From contig NC_085845.1 of the NCBI RefSeq assembly GCF_035594765.1, forward strand, positions 128,418,897 through 128,482,896: a DNA stretch of 64,000 bases, given 5' to 3'. The position numbers and the translations under genes are program-made. Below, piece after piece: positions 1-13,809 of the stretch. Within the stretch, counting starts at the first letter, position 1, and each line of letters begins with the position of its first letter. The notes beneath the pieces were generated by a model, which worked only from the letters and a program-made list of their open reading frames with translations, searched no databases and was not told where the DNA came from. Source of the DNA: Anolis carolinensis (lineage: Eukaryota).

Positions 1-1564
1 TTAAGGCACAGAGCCTGACAACTCCCATTACACTATGCACAACTACTTCTGGCGGGACTCCATGCTTAAAAAGGCAGCAAATTGGAGCATGCCACCACCA
101 AGGCAACATGGGAAGCTTCCTATGTTCTGCCAGGAACAATGGGGGGAAGCCAGACAGTCAACACTTCCCCCCATGGAATGCTCAAATGAGTGAATTAGGT
201 AATACGGGGTGTGGGACAATGAGTTCCTCATGTGCCCCCTCCCCTGATGTGTACCACTAGAATTCCCATGATTTGTAGTGATTCCAGCAGCCTTTATGAT
301 GAGGTCCCTAGGCTGAATCCACACAAGGACTATATCCCAGCTTTAGTCCACAGTATCCTGCCCTGGTTTGACCCTGTTAAGATCACAGGCACATATTTTA
401 TTCCAAAGTCAGATCTGACTTTAAAACCACACAGTTCTTATTTTCAAAAGATATATTGCAGCAAAGGCGATCTGGCATGTTCATGTGTTCACTGCCTTAG
501 ATTTTAGCTCACATGACTGCAGCATTTGGTTTTCCCCCCCTGTAATACATGCCAGTATATATATTTCCACAGAAATCTATCAACTAATAACTTTTTTTCT
601 TTTTCTGTCAATCTAAACACCGACCTGTACTCCCATTGGATATTTTCCCCATCCCATCCCCTTCCACTAGATGATTGAGTGAGTTCAGGAACTTCCTGTT
701 GAGATGCTTAATTTCCTGACAGACACAGATACACAGATACATGTGGGATGAATGGTGGGTGGTGTTCAAGTCAATGGTGTAAGGGCAGTGGGAACCAGCT
801 TCAAGTAACTCTCTCCTAATCACTTCTCCCTATCCTGTTTTCTTCATCTGGCCTAGAGACCCATGCACACCCTTCTAATCCCCTTCTCATCCCACTACCC
901 AAGTGATGGACTGCATAACTGAAAGGAGCAGTATGCCCAACCTCCCTCCTCCATACCTCCTGCCCAATCCCCTTTTCAGCCTCTCATTTGAATAAGTAAC
1001 TGATTGATGCTCCATCTACATTGACCATTTAATGCAGCTTCAAGATGAATGCTCCACAGAATGCCAAGTAGAAGAGTAGAATGTTGCAGAATTCAGGAGA
1101 AGGGGGCAGCCAAAATGCCCCATGGGTATGCCTGGCTAACGGGGTTAATTGACTCCTGGGAAGAGGTCATTGATCACCCCCACTTCTAATGTCGCTCCCC
1201 CCCCCACTTCCTATGTCTCTGGAATGTTGATGCACATCTTTCGTGTGTGGGAATCACCTTCCTAGGCTTGAACCAGTTCCAGACCTGTCAATCTAATCTT
1301 TCACACAGCAAAATCAGTTCCTTCCAAATCAGTTACAAACTGACTTAAGGGGTCAGTGCGGATGGGGCAACATGTGAGCTCTTACTTCATCCTTATCTGA
1401 TTCCCTTCTCAGCTTCCCACTCAAGTGAGTGACTGAGTGTTTGGGGGAGCATTCATGCTACTTCAGGCTGAAACCATTTTCTCACCCACACAAGACTTTT
1501 CACAACTTTATTCAGATAAGGGGCTTTTTCATTTTTAATGATAGTAAAGATACAGTGTCAACTC

Positions 1565-1830
1565 TTATTTAAACAAAGGACCATCCTCTTCTTTGAATAG
1601 AGTGGTGAATGACTAGAGCTTAGTCCGGCCTAAGAGAACCTAAAAGAAAGACTGATCTCCTCTACCCTTTTGGTGCTTCTTTGAAGAGGAGCACCAAAAA
1701 TACTACTGCCGCTGCCATTTTCTTATCTAGGCATTCAAACACCAGAAGTGAAGTTTAGTCTGTCTCCCAGGATGGACTAAGCTCTCATCACATTACTCAG
1801 AAAAGGGGGTGGTTCTTTTTTTATTTAAGA
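1565..1830. repeat. Degraded inverted-repeat element, probable old MITE
   Basis: AGAGCTTAGTCC (~1615) vs GGACTAAGCTCT (~1774); central hairpin TTTTGGTGCT...AGCACCAAAA; ends not definable. Confidence 0.4.
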
Positions 1831-1918
1831 ATTGTAGCACAACACTTACATTGATGCATTAGTAAGTCAATTTAACTTTTTTTCTAGATTGATTCTTTTG
1901 ACAAAAAAAAGTCTAGAC

Positions 1919-2053
1919 CAGTAGTTCTCAACCTGTGGGTCCCCAGGTGTTTTAGCCTACAACTCCCAGAAATTCCAGCCAGTTTACCAGTAGTTAGGAT
2001 TTCTGGGAGTTGAAGGCCAAAACATCTGGGGACCCATAGGTTGAGAACCATTG
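1919..2053. mobile_element. 135-bp non-autonomous hAT MITE (SPIN/Charlie-type termini), copy 1
   Basis: TIRs CAGTAGTTCTCAACC...GGTTGAGAACCATTG; perfect 8-bp TSD GTCTAGAC at 1911-1918 and 2054-2061; near-palindromic body; three more copies in window. Confidence 0.92.
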
Positions 2054-3616
2054 GTCTAGACGTTTACACAAGTATATACTGTAATTCATTTGTACCAGCC
2101 CCCAATCATGTGGATAGTGCTACATATAGGAGAAGCCCTCAGGTTCAAACCTTTGCTCTCCACATGAGGAGATTGATGGGACAAGTTAGTTAATGGGAGT
2201 AGATCTCATGTATTCTCCTCTTTAAACATTAATTCAGCCTGTTTATATGAATGTACAGGTCTCCACAGACTCCAGAAAAAAAATGCTTTTTCAGCATTCT
2301 GTATTGTGAGGTTAGTCTCTATATGTAACAGAAACTGTTCAGATTATCACTGTACCCTTGAGAAGAACAATAATAAATAGCAGCCAGACTGCATTTGAAA
2401 CAGCAAAACAGGGCCATTCTCATTTTGCTTCTGGGAATACTAAGGCTGATAACCAGAGTTCAGTTCAGAAAAATATATTCTGTAGCTATGAGGGTACCGA
2501 AAATCAGTTATTGTGTCTGGAGGCAGTCATTTCCAAGTTCTGGAGCTTTTTTCTAACATCTAATTTAAACACTAGCACAAGCTCAAATCCTTGTGAGGGA
2601 TAAAATGAGAGGGTGTATATCCTCAAACAGAACTGTAGTAGACTTTAGGAAATGGCCACTTGAGAGTTAACAGCTGTTGTTTTGCTGCACTATTAAGTAT
2701 CTGAGTCATTGTAAGGCAGTTCTTAAGACTTCTAGTGAATGAGCAGAATCCTTGAGGATTTAGCACCTTGCTCACAAATCAGTCAGTATGCAGTTTAAAA
2801 CACTATTCATATAAATATTTATCTCTGCTTCCATACACTCCATGTCAACATTTCTGACTTCAGAAGTTACTGTCAGGTAAAATAGTTTCAGCCTTCAGTA
2901 GCAAAAATATATACAGAAAATGACACCACTTCAGGGATGAGTTGCTTTTTTAATAAAGTATTAAAAGTAAAACAAAAATAAAAAAATTCACAGTGCTATA
3001 GGTGAAGTGAATTTCTTGAAAGCTATAAATAATTTTTCAAACTAGTGGCAGGTCTACAGAGCTGCATCCAAACTGTTTTAAATTGCACTTTCCTTTCAAG
3101 AAATGGATGCAAGTTGATAAATTTGATCATTTTTGAATAATACAAAAAGAAGCCTGGTAGCATAGATTTGATTAACCAGCTCAAATGTTCAGAAGAAAGC
3201 TGCACATGAAAAGAAATGGTCTGGACAATTATTCTTATTTTATTGTTAAATAATTTTCTAGACTAGATATCAATAATCCGTTACTTAAAAGTAAGTTGCA
3301 CTTAATGGTAGCCATTGGCAAACAGCAGTCCTTGAAAAAAAATCAAAGAGAGATTGGATAAAGAAACAGTGGGATTAAAATAGATCCACAAATTCCAGTC
3401 CATTAATAATGGGTTGAACAGAGGCAATTGTTTCCTGGAACACTACACATATTATAAAACTAGGTAGCACCCTGATCTCATCAGGACTTTCTTGCCCATT
3501 GTATGTCACAGATTGTCCTAGAAGAAAGTAATGGCTCGCAGCCTGCTCCTTTCTAGTAAAATATTCAGAAAATTGTCAAAAAAAACATTTCCTGAATGTT
3601 AAAAAGCTCTGATAGT

Positions 3617-3663
3617 AAGTTGTATCTGATGGCTCTTCTGGTCTCTTCCAACTCTATGATTCT
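3617..3663 (+). mobile_element. CR1 LINE 3' terminal fragment
   Basis: GGTCTCTTCCAACTCTATGATTCT matches the reverse complement of the 3' end of the CR1 at 47943-48020. Confidence 0.75.
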
Positions 3664-4458
3664 TTTAAAGAATCTTACACTGCCAAGAATTCTGGATTGA
3701 CAAAAATATTCTACAAAAATATGAACATTGTATTTTCTGTACAGGAAACCAGTACAAAAATGATGTTTGCACAGAAAATATAGTAGCAGACTTTTTCTGC
3801 ACAAAATTTGCATGAGCTGGTTCTGCGCAGAATATGCCAAATGCAAATTTTAATGCAGAATAAGTCTGATCTGCTAATAGTCTTTGAAAACCGTGCATTT
3901 TTTGTAATCATTCTTATGAGAAAAATCTTGCTAAAATTACTAACGGCTTCCTTTGAGAGGAAAATGAATAAAGGATTACATTTCTTCTTTATTCTGTGAT
4001 GAAGCAGAGTCATAATGCATTTAGTATTATATTCCTAATGTATTTCTATATTTATTGAATTCTCTTAATGAAGCTGACCTGTTTTACACCTAATCCAAGA
4101 TGCTTGCATATTTAAAAAATCAACATTTGAAAGGTAAATCATGCATGAAAACATCAATTTTGTGAGTTTTTAAAAAAGAAAACCAAGTTATTAATGCCAA
4201 GACAGGTTCAAGAATAGATCAATCTATTTTTCAAGATCAGTGCTTGAGATTTTTGTTTTGTACTACTATAAACCTGGATTTAGTTCTGGTAGTAAATGAG
4301 AAATCTGTCCTACAGTAATGTTTTATTATTCAAATTAAGACATTCCTGCTGTTTAAACAACTAAAGGTTATGTGGCACCTTTATGATTAAAATGATTTTT
4401 AACTGTGTAAACTTCATGAAAGTTTTATGGATTATTTTAGCCCACTTTCTCAATTGTT

Positions 4459-4697
4459 TTTGTTGCTCTTGTGTGCCTTCAAACAGTTGCTGACTTATGG
4501 TGACTCCAAGACAAACCTTATCATGGAGTTTTCTTGGAATGACTTATTGAGAAGGGGTTTGCCTTTGCCTTCCTCTAAGGTTGAGAGAGATTGAGTTGGC
4601 CAAGGTCATTCAATGGGTTTCCATGGCCAAGTAGAGATCTGAACTCTGTTTATCAGAGTCCTAGTTCAATAGTCAAGCCACTGAATCATTTGCTTTC
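4459..4697 (-). mobile_element. tRNA-derived SINE with RTE-type tail (degraded)
   Basis: Minus strand has a tRNA-like head near 4690 and ends ...CCATAAGTCAGCAACTGTTTGAAGGCACACAAGAGCAACAA; related copies at ~7005-7200 and 54665-54770. Confidence 0.7.
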
Positions 4698-5566
4698 TCA
4701 AATATATGGCCTATAAGAATTCTGGAATACATATAGTGCAAGGGCATGTTGGCTAGTAGCAACTATCATATTTTCAACACTCTCCATTAAAGAACAGCTG
4801 ATGATGACACAAATATCCTGTTAAGAGGCAAGATACTTAACAAATACAGCATGACAGGAATACTTGGATATTTTTCTTTATAAAGTAATGAAGAGTACTG
4901 TTTCTTCAACCTGCTGCAGAAAAAGAATTTTTACTTTTCCATTGGACTGGCGTGTTCAATTTCTGATTGTAGGGATTCATAGGTGGAACAAATGTTGTAT
5001 AAATGGATGCTGGTGATTCTAGAGGACACTAATGATACCATTTTGAGTTTTCCATGAATGTTTGAATCATCAGAATCTTGATTTCCCAACCACAGACACC
5101 ATAGAAGGCATTGACTTTCCCACCCCTTAGTTCTAAGCTGCATTCTAATAGAAGATAATGTAATGCTAAGGGGGAAGGAGATAGCTTTTGGGAGGTGCAG
5201 AATATATTGCTTTCATCACCTCTTAAGTCAGGCTGACTGGGAGTTGTCATCCAAAATGTTATTTTCCCAAGCATTTGCCTTCTTCCAAATTCCAAGTGCC
5301 TTTTCCCTGATAAATTTTCTTCTCCTTTTTATATGTGTGTCTTGGATACAGCTTGAACAGCATATTTGGGGGGGGGGGGGGGTTGGACTGGCCTGTTCCT
5401 ATGAAGGATTTGGTGTAAGATATTGTAAATGGTATAGATTTATTTTGTGAGGAGGCCTGGTCATGAAGATGAAGGGAACTTTTACTTATTTGCATACTGG
5501 TAAGCAGGGAGTTGTGGTGGTAATTGTATTTATTTACTTTTTTCCCCTTAATCAAGTATTTTTAAA

Positions 5567-5815
5567 AGACCTAGATCACCCAAAGGCACCAAATTAAATC
5601 TTTTCTTGGAAGCTAAGCAAAATCAGCCCAAGTTAGTACTTCAGTGATAAGGCTGAGAAGGAATACAGGGTGCTGTAAGCAATGTTTTACAGAAACTGGC
5701 AAAATCACCTCTGAGGAGTCTTTGTTTAAGAAAACCCCACCAAATTCATTAGGGCTTCATATGTTGACAGGTAACTTAAAGGCAGGCATACACACACACA
5801 TGTATACACACACAG
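5567..5815 (+). mobile_element. 5S rRNA-derived SINE (SINE3, 5S-Sauria-like) with RTE-type tail
   Basis: TCTTGGAAGCTAAGCA...GTTAGTACTT...GGAATACAGGGTGCTGTAAGC matches the vertebrate 5S internal control region and 3' end; followed by non-5S body and CA-rich tail. Confidence 0.75.
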
Positions 5816-6259
5816 TAGTTGCATTTATAAAAATACATGGCACATATAGAGCACAGTTTCTTATTTTTTGAAGAACTGAGTGTTTAGCTATAGCAGTGCT
5901 ATTCCCAACACAGGAAAAAATGGCCTCAAGCAAGAATGCTGGATTTGTTGATTCCCCCCACCCCCTGTTAAAATCAGCCAAAAATGTTCTATATGTTAGA
6001 TTTTATTGCAATGCCAGATCATAACAAAATCCCAGGAGCAGAGTTAGTAGGATTCCGCTTTTCAAGGATTCAGCAGTATTTTTTAATATAAAAAGAAAAA
6101 TTGCCATTAACAAAACCTTAATAAAGTACATGTTTTAAAAGAGAAGATTTATCTAGCTATTTATCTGTTAACTCTTTTTGGAATGAGTGTTTAAACGCAA
6201 GAATGTTGAGAGTGATAAAGCCATCTTTATTTATTCCAACTGTAGTTAAAATACCAAAA

Positions 6260-6470
6260 GAGCCTGGCATTCTGTTCTCACAACAGCCAACTACATGCCC
6301 ATGGTCTCCGAAGCAGGATCTGAATACAGCAATGTCCCCAGCAGTTTGTATTCAGAGGCATACTGCCTCCAACACTACAGACAATATATCACTATCCTGA
6401 CTGGTAGACAGTTAAATTTTTCCATTCTCCTCTCAAGGTTGTCTAATTTGACAGCCACCATTTGACCTTA
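6260..6470 (-). mobile_element. Ancient CR1/L3 3' remnant
   Basis: Recalled similarity to squamate CR1 3'UTR (GCATTCTGTTCTCACA..., GTATTCAGAGGCATACTGCCTCC); related to 52330-52610; heavily degraded. Confidence 0.4.
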
Positions 6471-6567
6471 TGGTAGACCATTCCATAGGGATCAGAATCA
6501 TACAGCCATCTAACATTTTCTATGTTATTGAAAAATAAATCCCAATGTTGGGAGTTAAAAGTATTTT

Positions 6568-6760
6568 TTTACTTATTATTTCCTACATTTACCTCAAGGG
6601 GGACTCAAGACAGCCTAACAACAGGCAACAAATTGATGCCATACACACATATATCAAATAAACAATTACAATTAAAACCAATAATTAAAACATGAATTAT
6701 TAAAACATCAATTAAAATCACGCCATCCAAAGCATAATCCAGGGCCATTCTATTTGTCAA
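6568..6760 (-). mobile_element. L2-type 3' end fragment
   Basis: GGGGACTCAAGACAGCCTAAC resembles the L2 3' stem-loop at 35695-35735 and 44895-44935; body resembles 43655-43950. Confidence 0.55.
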
Positions 6761-7004
6761 TCACATTGATTTGTCGTGCTATGAATCTTAGCACTCTTAG
6801 TCCTATGACATATATTTGAGGTTTGAGCTACAGTTTAACATGGTGGTATTCAGTTTATGAGATAGTCTTGATATTTGACATGCTCTGTAAAATCTTATAT
6901 TCAGGCACATGTGGAAGCTTATTTATTTTGGTAAACCGTTCTAAATTAATTGAGCCTCAACATTTTTTTCATGTAGTGTATTTTGTTTATGTATTTTTGA
7001 GTTA

Positions 7005-7205
7005 TTCCTGTTGCCACGTGCTTCAAGTTAACTCAAACTTATGATAATCCTGTACTAAAATGTATTAGCAAGATTTATTCAGGGTATATTGCTCCCTTCA
7101 ACTGAGAAAATGTAACTTGGTGGATATTGCAGTGTTAATCACTGAGTATGGATTTCATCCTGATCACTTGAAATCCTATTCCCATACTGAAATACGCATT
7201 AAACT
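7005..7205 (-). mobile_element. Degraded tRNA-SINE with RTE-type tail
   Basis: Colinear but diverged similarity to 4459-4697. Confidence 0.45.
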
Positions 7206-8168
7206 GTCAGTATTCTTCATATCTAAATGGTTATGAATATTTACAAACATACTGTATAAAAAGGTAAATATAATATATATTCTGAGCGTTACTTTTTTAC
7301 AGAAAGAAAAAAGAAAAAGCAGTTTAACATGTTTCAGCAGTTTCATTCAAACTAACAGTATGGACAGTTGAAATGCAATAAGCAGGTCAGATAATATTTG
7401 CAGGAGTCAACAAAAACATATTGAACCTTCCAGGCATTACTTAAAAGCTTCTTACAAATACATCCAAGGATGTTTGTAGAAATGTAACCAGCTTCCATGT
7501 TTCTTATGATTTCCATTTTAGTGGCCACATTATCAGATATATGCTTTTTTAATGTTCCGGCGGTAGCTGATGAGGCAACTTATACACTTTCATTTTTCCT
7601 CTCTGTTTTGCTTTTCATACATACTCAGTAAGGGATTCTGGAGGCATTTACAGTTTATTTTGCTTCTTGTACGCAAGCCCACACAGCAATAGTAGAATTG
7701 GTAATCCCCTTCTTCACACTTCACTCATTGCATTCTTTATTGAAGACACACACTTGCAAACTGACCCAGAAAGTCTGTGTTTCTCCAGACTTTCTTTTTA
7801 CTTCTCTTAGTACAAATGCTGCTAAAAGCCCTTCAAATTAGGCAGAGAACAAGGAAGAAAACTGGGGCCTGGGGGTTAAACACATTTTGTAAAAAGGAAC
7901 TTCTTTGTCAGAGGTTTTTTTAAGTAAGCATGTTTGTATTTCTGTTTATCAATCCTGAATTTCCCTACATTCAGCTTCTGCTGGAAGACGCTGGGTTTAA
8001 ATATTTTCCCATTTCCCTACTTGTTTATCTTTCCCCTCTCTAAGCTAAAGAGCTCCAAATGCTTTAACCCTGTTCATAGCGAAGTTGCTTCAGCCTTTGT
8101 TCATCTGGTTACACTCATCTAATTTTCAGTATTTTTTATTTAATATAATAGGTATACAGATAACTCCC

Positions 8169-8279
8169 AGGATGACCATCTGTTGGGGGTGCTTTGAATG
8201 CGATTTTCCTGTTTCTTGGCTGGGGGTTGGATTGGATGGCCAACTCGGTCTCTTCCAGTTCTACGAGTCTATGATTCTG
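8169..8279 (+). mobile_element. CR1 LINE 3' fragment (ORF2 end plus 3'UTR)
   Basis: GATGACCATCTGTTGGGGGTGCTTTGAATGCGATTT...TCTATGATTCT matches the reverse complement of 47945-48075. Confidence 0.85.
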
Positions 8280-8883
8280 TAGACCTGCATAGAATAATTG
8301 CCTTTAATAATCATCCTTAGCATGGAGTTTTTCATTTTACTTTAGCCAGAGAGTGGATTCAAATATTCATTGAGTTATATACCACAACCTGAAGAGTCCT
8401 TGGTTTTGTTCTTATGGTTGATTACCGTCAAACCTGAATAACTTCTAAATGTTTCTGTTTTAGTCTTTTATTTAGTATTTTGTTGTTACTTCAATTGATT
8501 TTTCACTGTATTGCATGCACAGAGAGCTGAAACATAACAATTTTTCAGAAATAAATCACTATCTCATTGACATGGTAAGACACAAGGTGTTGTTCTCTCA
8601 CAATGTGGGAATAGCAGGTATGCTTTTACCGCTGCACAGGGCAATCAGGGTGTTTCTGAATTTATTTGGAAAACAGGCACGTATTGTCATGTGGACAGAG
8701 AGATGGGCTTCCCCTTACTCATGCCATATGGGCTACAATTATTTCTTCAGACTGTAGACCTTTAATTTAATTCACTGCTTGTACGATTCCCTATGGAGTT
8801 GCTGCTTGTATAATTTATTATAGACTTGCCCTTTGTTCATAGTCTCGAAAAAGATTTGACTTTCAGTTTGTTAAGAACGTAAA

Positions 8884-9190
8884 TACAATAAGATTGTTTC
8901 CATGGGGGATACGTTTCTGTCAGGGACTGCATTTATCTGAAACCACAGCTACAACTCAATCCCATTCATTAGCTGACTTCCAGTCCCAGCATGGGAGAGT
9001 ATAGAGATTTCTGGAGAGGTATCCTCCCTAGGAATTACAAACTCCAGTTCAACTCTACAGTAACCTATGGGGGTAACTTCTGCCATAGTATTGCCCTAGA
9101 GGATGTAGCAAATTCCTGTGGGAACCATTTTTCCTTGGGCACGACTAAGTGAAACTGGATAGGGGTTCTGCAGTTAAAGGGATCTCACTG
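8884..9190. mobile_element. Degraded Tigger/mariner-like non-autonomous element
   Basis: TA-CA... and ...CACTG-TA ends with weak inverted similarity. Confidence 0.35.
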
Positions 9191-10191
9191 TAATTTGAAT
9201 AGTTTTCCACCTTTCTTCCCTTTAAATCATACCTGTTTTGTGAGTGGTACTGTGAACAAGGAACCAAAAACTTTTGCCGCTTTTCGTACTTGGCCAAAAT
9301 TTCTGAAAATTAATGCCCTAAGAACAGTAGTTGTTTCTCTGATGCCACATGCATCTCTAAAACCTTGTACAAGTAGCTGCATGAAGCTCCAATCCTTTCG
9401 ACCCTATAGGGAGCTTTTTCTGCCTTACTAGCTTTTAAAGTATTTGAACTGCTTCCAGTACAGGTCTAGGATTCATGGAAAAAGATCCCCATTCAGCTCC
9501 AAGCAAGAGAGGCAAATAATGCATTTATCTCTGTTGTGATAGTTTCTGACAGAATTTTGAACACACGGTTTGAAAATTAATGTGATAATGTTAAATATTA
9601 GAAATTATTCATCATAATTGAAAATGTTTAATTAGTTGATCTGGCATTATTTAAATTGTGATTGAGAATGTTAGATGGTACAGAGGTTGTTGATTCAAAG
9701 GGACACATTTTTCTATTTGCTTTTTTGAAAATGCTCCTTTTAAGGATGCCTTCCTCCAATCTATTTTCTTTTTATGGATTACAAAATAATAATATGATTG
9801 TTATTGTTCCCCGGGAATGATGGGGATCCAACAACTGTCAAGTTGGGAAAAAGCTGTCTCTGAACAAAAGATCTCATCTTACAACCTCTTCACTTTGTCA
9901 CTCACCTTAACTTGTTCTTCCCTCCATCCTCCCAATATGAACACTATATTACAAATCCTTTATTTGTTTGAGGATAATAAAATAGTGCACTTCAGTTGGA
10001 ACATAGTGACCTACAGCAAGTGCAGAAACAAGCAAATAATGACAAGAATCACTCAATGAAGCAAAGATGAAGAATTGTTAATCAGAAATAAGAACTTGAG
10101 CATAGACTGAACATTTTTTCTGCACAAATTACTTCATCCTTCTGCTTTCCCATTCCAAATCAAGAACTATTATCTACAAACATCAATAATA

Positions 10192-10419
10192 CAGTAGGTC
10201 CTTGGTATCCACTGAGATTTGGTTCCATGATAACTTGTGGATACCAAAATCCATGGATGCTCAATTCCATTATACAACTATACAATGATATAGTTAAATG
10301 GTGTCTTTCATATAAAATGGCAAAATCAAGTTTTGCTTTTTGAATTTAGAAAAATATTTTCAAGCAACAGATGATGGAATTATTGGATGCCAAATCTCTG
10401 GATATAGAGGGACCAACTA
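10192..10419. mobile_element. Tigger/MER2-like non-autonomous DNA transposon
   Basis: TA flanks; imperfect TIRs CAGTAGGTCCTTGGTATCCA / TGGATATAGAGGGACCAACTA; repeated TCCA..GGAT subterminal motifs. Confidence 0.75.
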
Positions 10420-10509
10420 TAAAGTACATATGTTGCATGCAGGAGCTTGAAGTTGCAAACGTAATCTGTGGCTTCATCTATCTAAAAGATAAGCCATCTA
10501 TTAAGTTCA

Positions 10510-10730
10510 CAATGATCTTTGGATGTGGGTGGACTGCAACTCCTATCATTTCAGGTCCATCCCCCTGAAACCCCAGCAGTATTTTATGGTGGTCATGGGG
10601 GATATGTGTGCCAAGTTTGGTCCAGACCCATCATCGGTGGGAGCTACCCGGCTCTCTGGAAGTGGGAGTCATTTTGGAAATCGCCCAAAAACATACCCAC
10701 CCACATTTCACTTTTATTATATAGATAGAT
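10510..10730 (-). mobile_element. Helitron/Helentron-type non-autonomous element terminus
   Basis: Minus strand begins (A)TCTATCTATATAATAAAAGTGAAATG, a TC-start A-rich terminus; body has CCAAGTTTGGTCCAGA typical of these repeats (recalled); other end not seen. Confidence 0.5.
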
Positions 10731-11925
10731 TGGAGATAAGTTACTGGGAAAAATTGCAGTATATCTCTGATTACCCAGAAATATTCCAAACAATTACCTT
10801 GGATACAGAACCATGGGAGGACCTCCTGCCACTTCCCACCCCACCCACATTCCATTCATTCCAAAACTATCTTTTTGCTTTGCTTTTCTACACTAGAAGG
10901 TGCTATTTCTCTTTCAAATATGCCTTAAAATTGATTCATATGATGCATTTCTGCAGTGCTAATTCTTTTTCTCCCAAGGCATCACGCCTTCCTGTTTTAT
11001 TTAATTTTAGTGAATTATAATGACCTAATTCAAAGAAATGCATATTTTTAACTTCAATATTAATTCAATATTTTAAGAAATTAGATAAATTCATTAAAAA
11101 TAATGCTAATAAAAGATAATAATTACCATCCTTCTTGATTAAATAGTTCTAAGCTCTGCATCTTGAGATGGCCACCAAGAAGTGTGATGTCTCTTTGGCA
11201 GACCTTTGAGGCCAAGCATGATAGAAGAAGGAGAGGCAGCAACCCTATTTCTGGCTCCAAAGTAGAGCCAGGGCTTTACTAGAGGTACTCACCAAATCCA
11301 AATATAGGTATGAACTCTGTACTAATAAACAAAACTCCTATTTAGTGAAGGCTCTAAATTTGAGGACAAGTGTAAGGTTAATATGTTCCTGTTGATCAGT
11401 TGCATTGGATTATCAATTCAGAAATAGCACAACATTAAATAATAGATAGTGCTTCTCACTACATTTGACTAATGGCATTGCCACTGCAGCATTCTGGTTT
11501 TTCTCTGCACCTCAGGCTAATTTGCTGTTCCAGTTTGTTAGGTTTCATTTGTGTAACTGTTTCATGATCCAATGTCATTGAGATATCTGCCATTAGAACA
11601 CGCAAGGAACAAAATACAAACTAGAGCCTTAATTTAATTTGGAAGTCATTTTTGACAATTTCAGTGCCTCCTCCTTCCCTTTACTCTTCAGAGTTTTAAA
11701 ATATGTCAGGATGAACTCTTTAAAAAAAAGCTTTGGAAATAGTAGCATGTTTTCATTCCCCACTGTATTTTATATGCAGCAGTACTGCAACTGTGACTTG
11801 ATTTTGCAATTAAGACCAAGACCAATTTGACTTCTTTCCAGGAAGTCAAATAACTTTTTTTGGTAAAGTATATACTACTTACAAGCATCCCATGGTTATG
11901 GAGCATCTTACCTTCTGATGAAACT

Positions 11926-12050
11926 TTTTGGCTTAGGCGATCCCTCGTAGGCTGAGGATGATGGTCCTCCAGTTATAGTGTCTTGGGGGTGTGTCCGTAG
12001 ATGGCTGAAGAGACCTATTCTTGATCTGCATGTTCTCCCACAGTGAGAAG
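11926..12050 (-). mobile_element. RTE-1 LINE 3' fragment
   Basis: Minus strand encodes HCGRTCRSRIGLFSHLRTH (RTE C-terminal C2H2 finger); TSD TGATGAAACT (11916-11925) / TGATGAAGCT (12051-12060). Confidence 0.85.
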
Positions 12051-13809
12051 TGATGAAGCTGTAGGATAAGAGAAATGTGGTATGATGAACTTTTACATTT
12101 TTTTCTTACAACTGTCTTTAAACAATTCCCCCTTGAGTCCTATTTGACACTATTACTAGGAAGTAGATATTGGATTAAATACCAGGCCTTTTTACAAATG
12201 CCTATGATACTCAACAGCAAAACTGTAATATATTCAGAATTAATTCAACAAGGTTATTACATACTCTGCACTATAAATTATAAAATAAATGTTGATAGAA
12301 CCTAAAGGGAACTAAATAATAAAGATGCTGTGAAACTCCTTCCTCCCAATTTACTTCACAATTGGGCTTAGCAGCCCAAACAACACCCCCCCCCCAATTC
12401 CAAAACATGTCCTGTTTCACATCACATTCAAATTTATTATGTCTCAGTGACTTTGGGTACTTGATAAGGTCCATCCTATTTTCCATTGCTGTATTTCATC
12501 TGTCTGTCTCCAAATTCCATGCCCATCAGCTTCACTTATATTTTTTCCTGACTTCCACACATCTGTCAAACTATAAACCCGAAGGAGGACAGGAACAGAG
12601 AGGCATATAGCCATCTCTCCTAAAGTTAAGCAGTTCTTAAGCAATTGGGGAGATGGGAGAGAGCAAGAACTAGATGCTAATGTGTGTGGAAGATGGAGTC
12701 CTTGGGTTCTTCTTGACCATCCTCTGAAATTGTATCTTTTATGAATTTTGCGCTCAAACTTCAACGATACTGAAAATACTGAACAGCTTTGAAATATGAA
12801 TATAGTTAAGGAGAATATTACCCACCTTTGATCTGAGTTCCCTATATACAAATATCTTGTGAAATGAGTCATTTTATAATATAAGATACCTAGTAAAAGA
12901 GGCACTTTAAAGCCACTTACGCATGTTCTAGCAACCCTGTGGAAATTGCTTCAATTAAATCTCTGATTTTAATAAAAAAATGTTTCTAGCAGGTTTGTGG
13001 AATAACTGTAATATCCCTTGTGGTGCTATGATCTCCAATGGATATGTGTCTGGTTTTGAAAACAAATTCATTCTTTTTGAAACTCGGTGTTGATTTTTTT
13101 CAATCTTCATGAGTAGAATTTTCCCTAATGAAAAGCCACTTCTGTAGGTTAATATTATCTCAGAACTAATATTCAATACATCATAGAAATGACTTTTCAA
13201 GACTTTAATATTAAGAAAAGGGGGAAAAAGAAAAGGGGGAGTTCATTTATACAAAAAGCATAAACAAATTAATTCTTTGATTTTAATAAGGCTTTTACAC
13301 ATACACAAATACATTTTACTGCTCACAGAATGCATCTATAATGTGAATAGAACATATGAGTAAAGAATTTATACTTTGCACAAATACAAATGCTGCAGTA
13401 CCATCTTTATTATGAAATACTATAAGGTCAGGTATTCTTAAGTTGGGATAAACCACTTTGAATGTTCTTGCGAATATCCAACCTTAACTGCAGATCAGTT
13501 TCATGTCAATCATACATCACTGTTCATAGGTTCTTTTGACATTTTACTCTCAAGTGCAGGGATTGAGAACATCTGGCCTTCTGAATGCTGTTGGATTGCA
13601 GTCCCATAAAACAGAATAGTCAGCGGTAATGGGAGCTGCATTTGAATAACATATTCCTGATCCCTATTGAAATGTCTGTGCATTCTCTGAAGAAACTGTT
13701 TCTTTTCCTGAAGCAAATGTTTGACTTTCCATTTCACTTTCTATTATCATGTAATTAGTATCATCATTAAAACCTCTACTGCCAATCATGAAAGCATTTT
13801 AATTAATAT

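Noticed and set aside
5567-5680. Functional 5S rRNA gene
   Set aside because: Heavily diverged and continuous with a SINE body
10523-11020. 165-aa ORF
   Set aside because: Crosses the terminus of a Helitron-like repeat into unique DNA; no recognisable domain
12700-13250. Possible L1 ORF1 remnant
   Set aside because: Similarity too weak to support by eye
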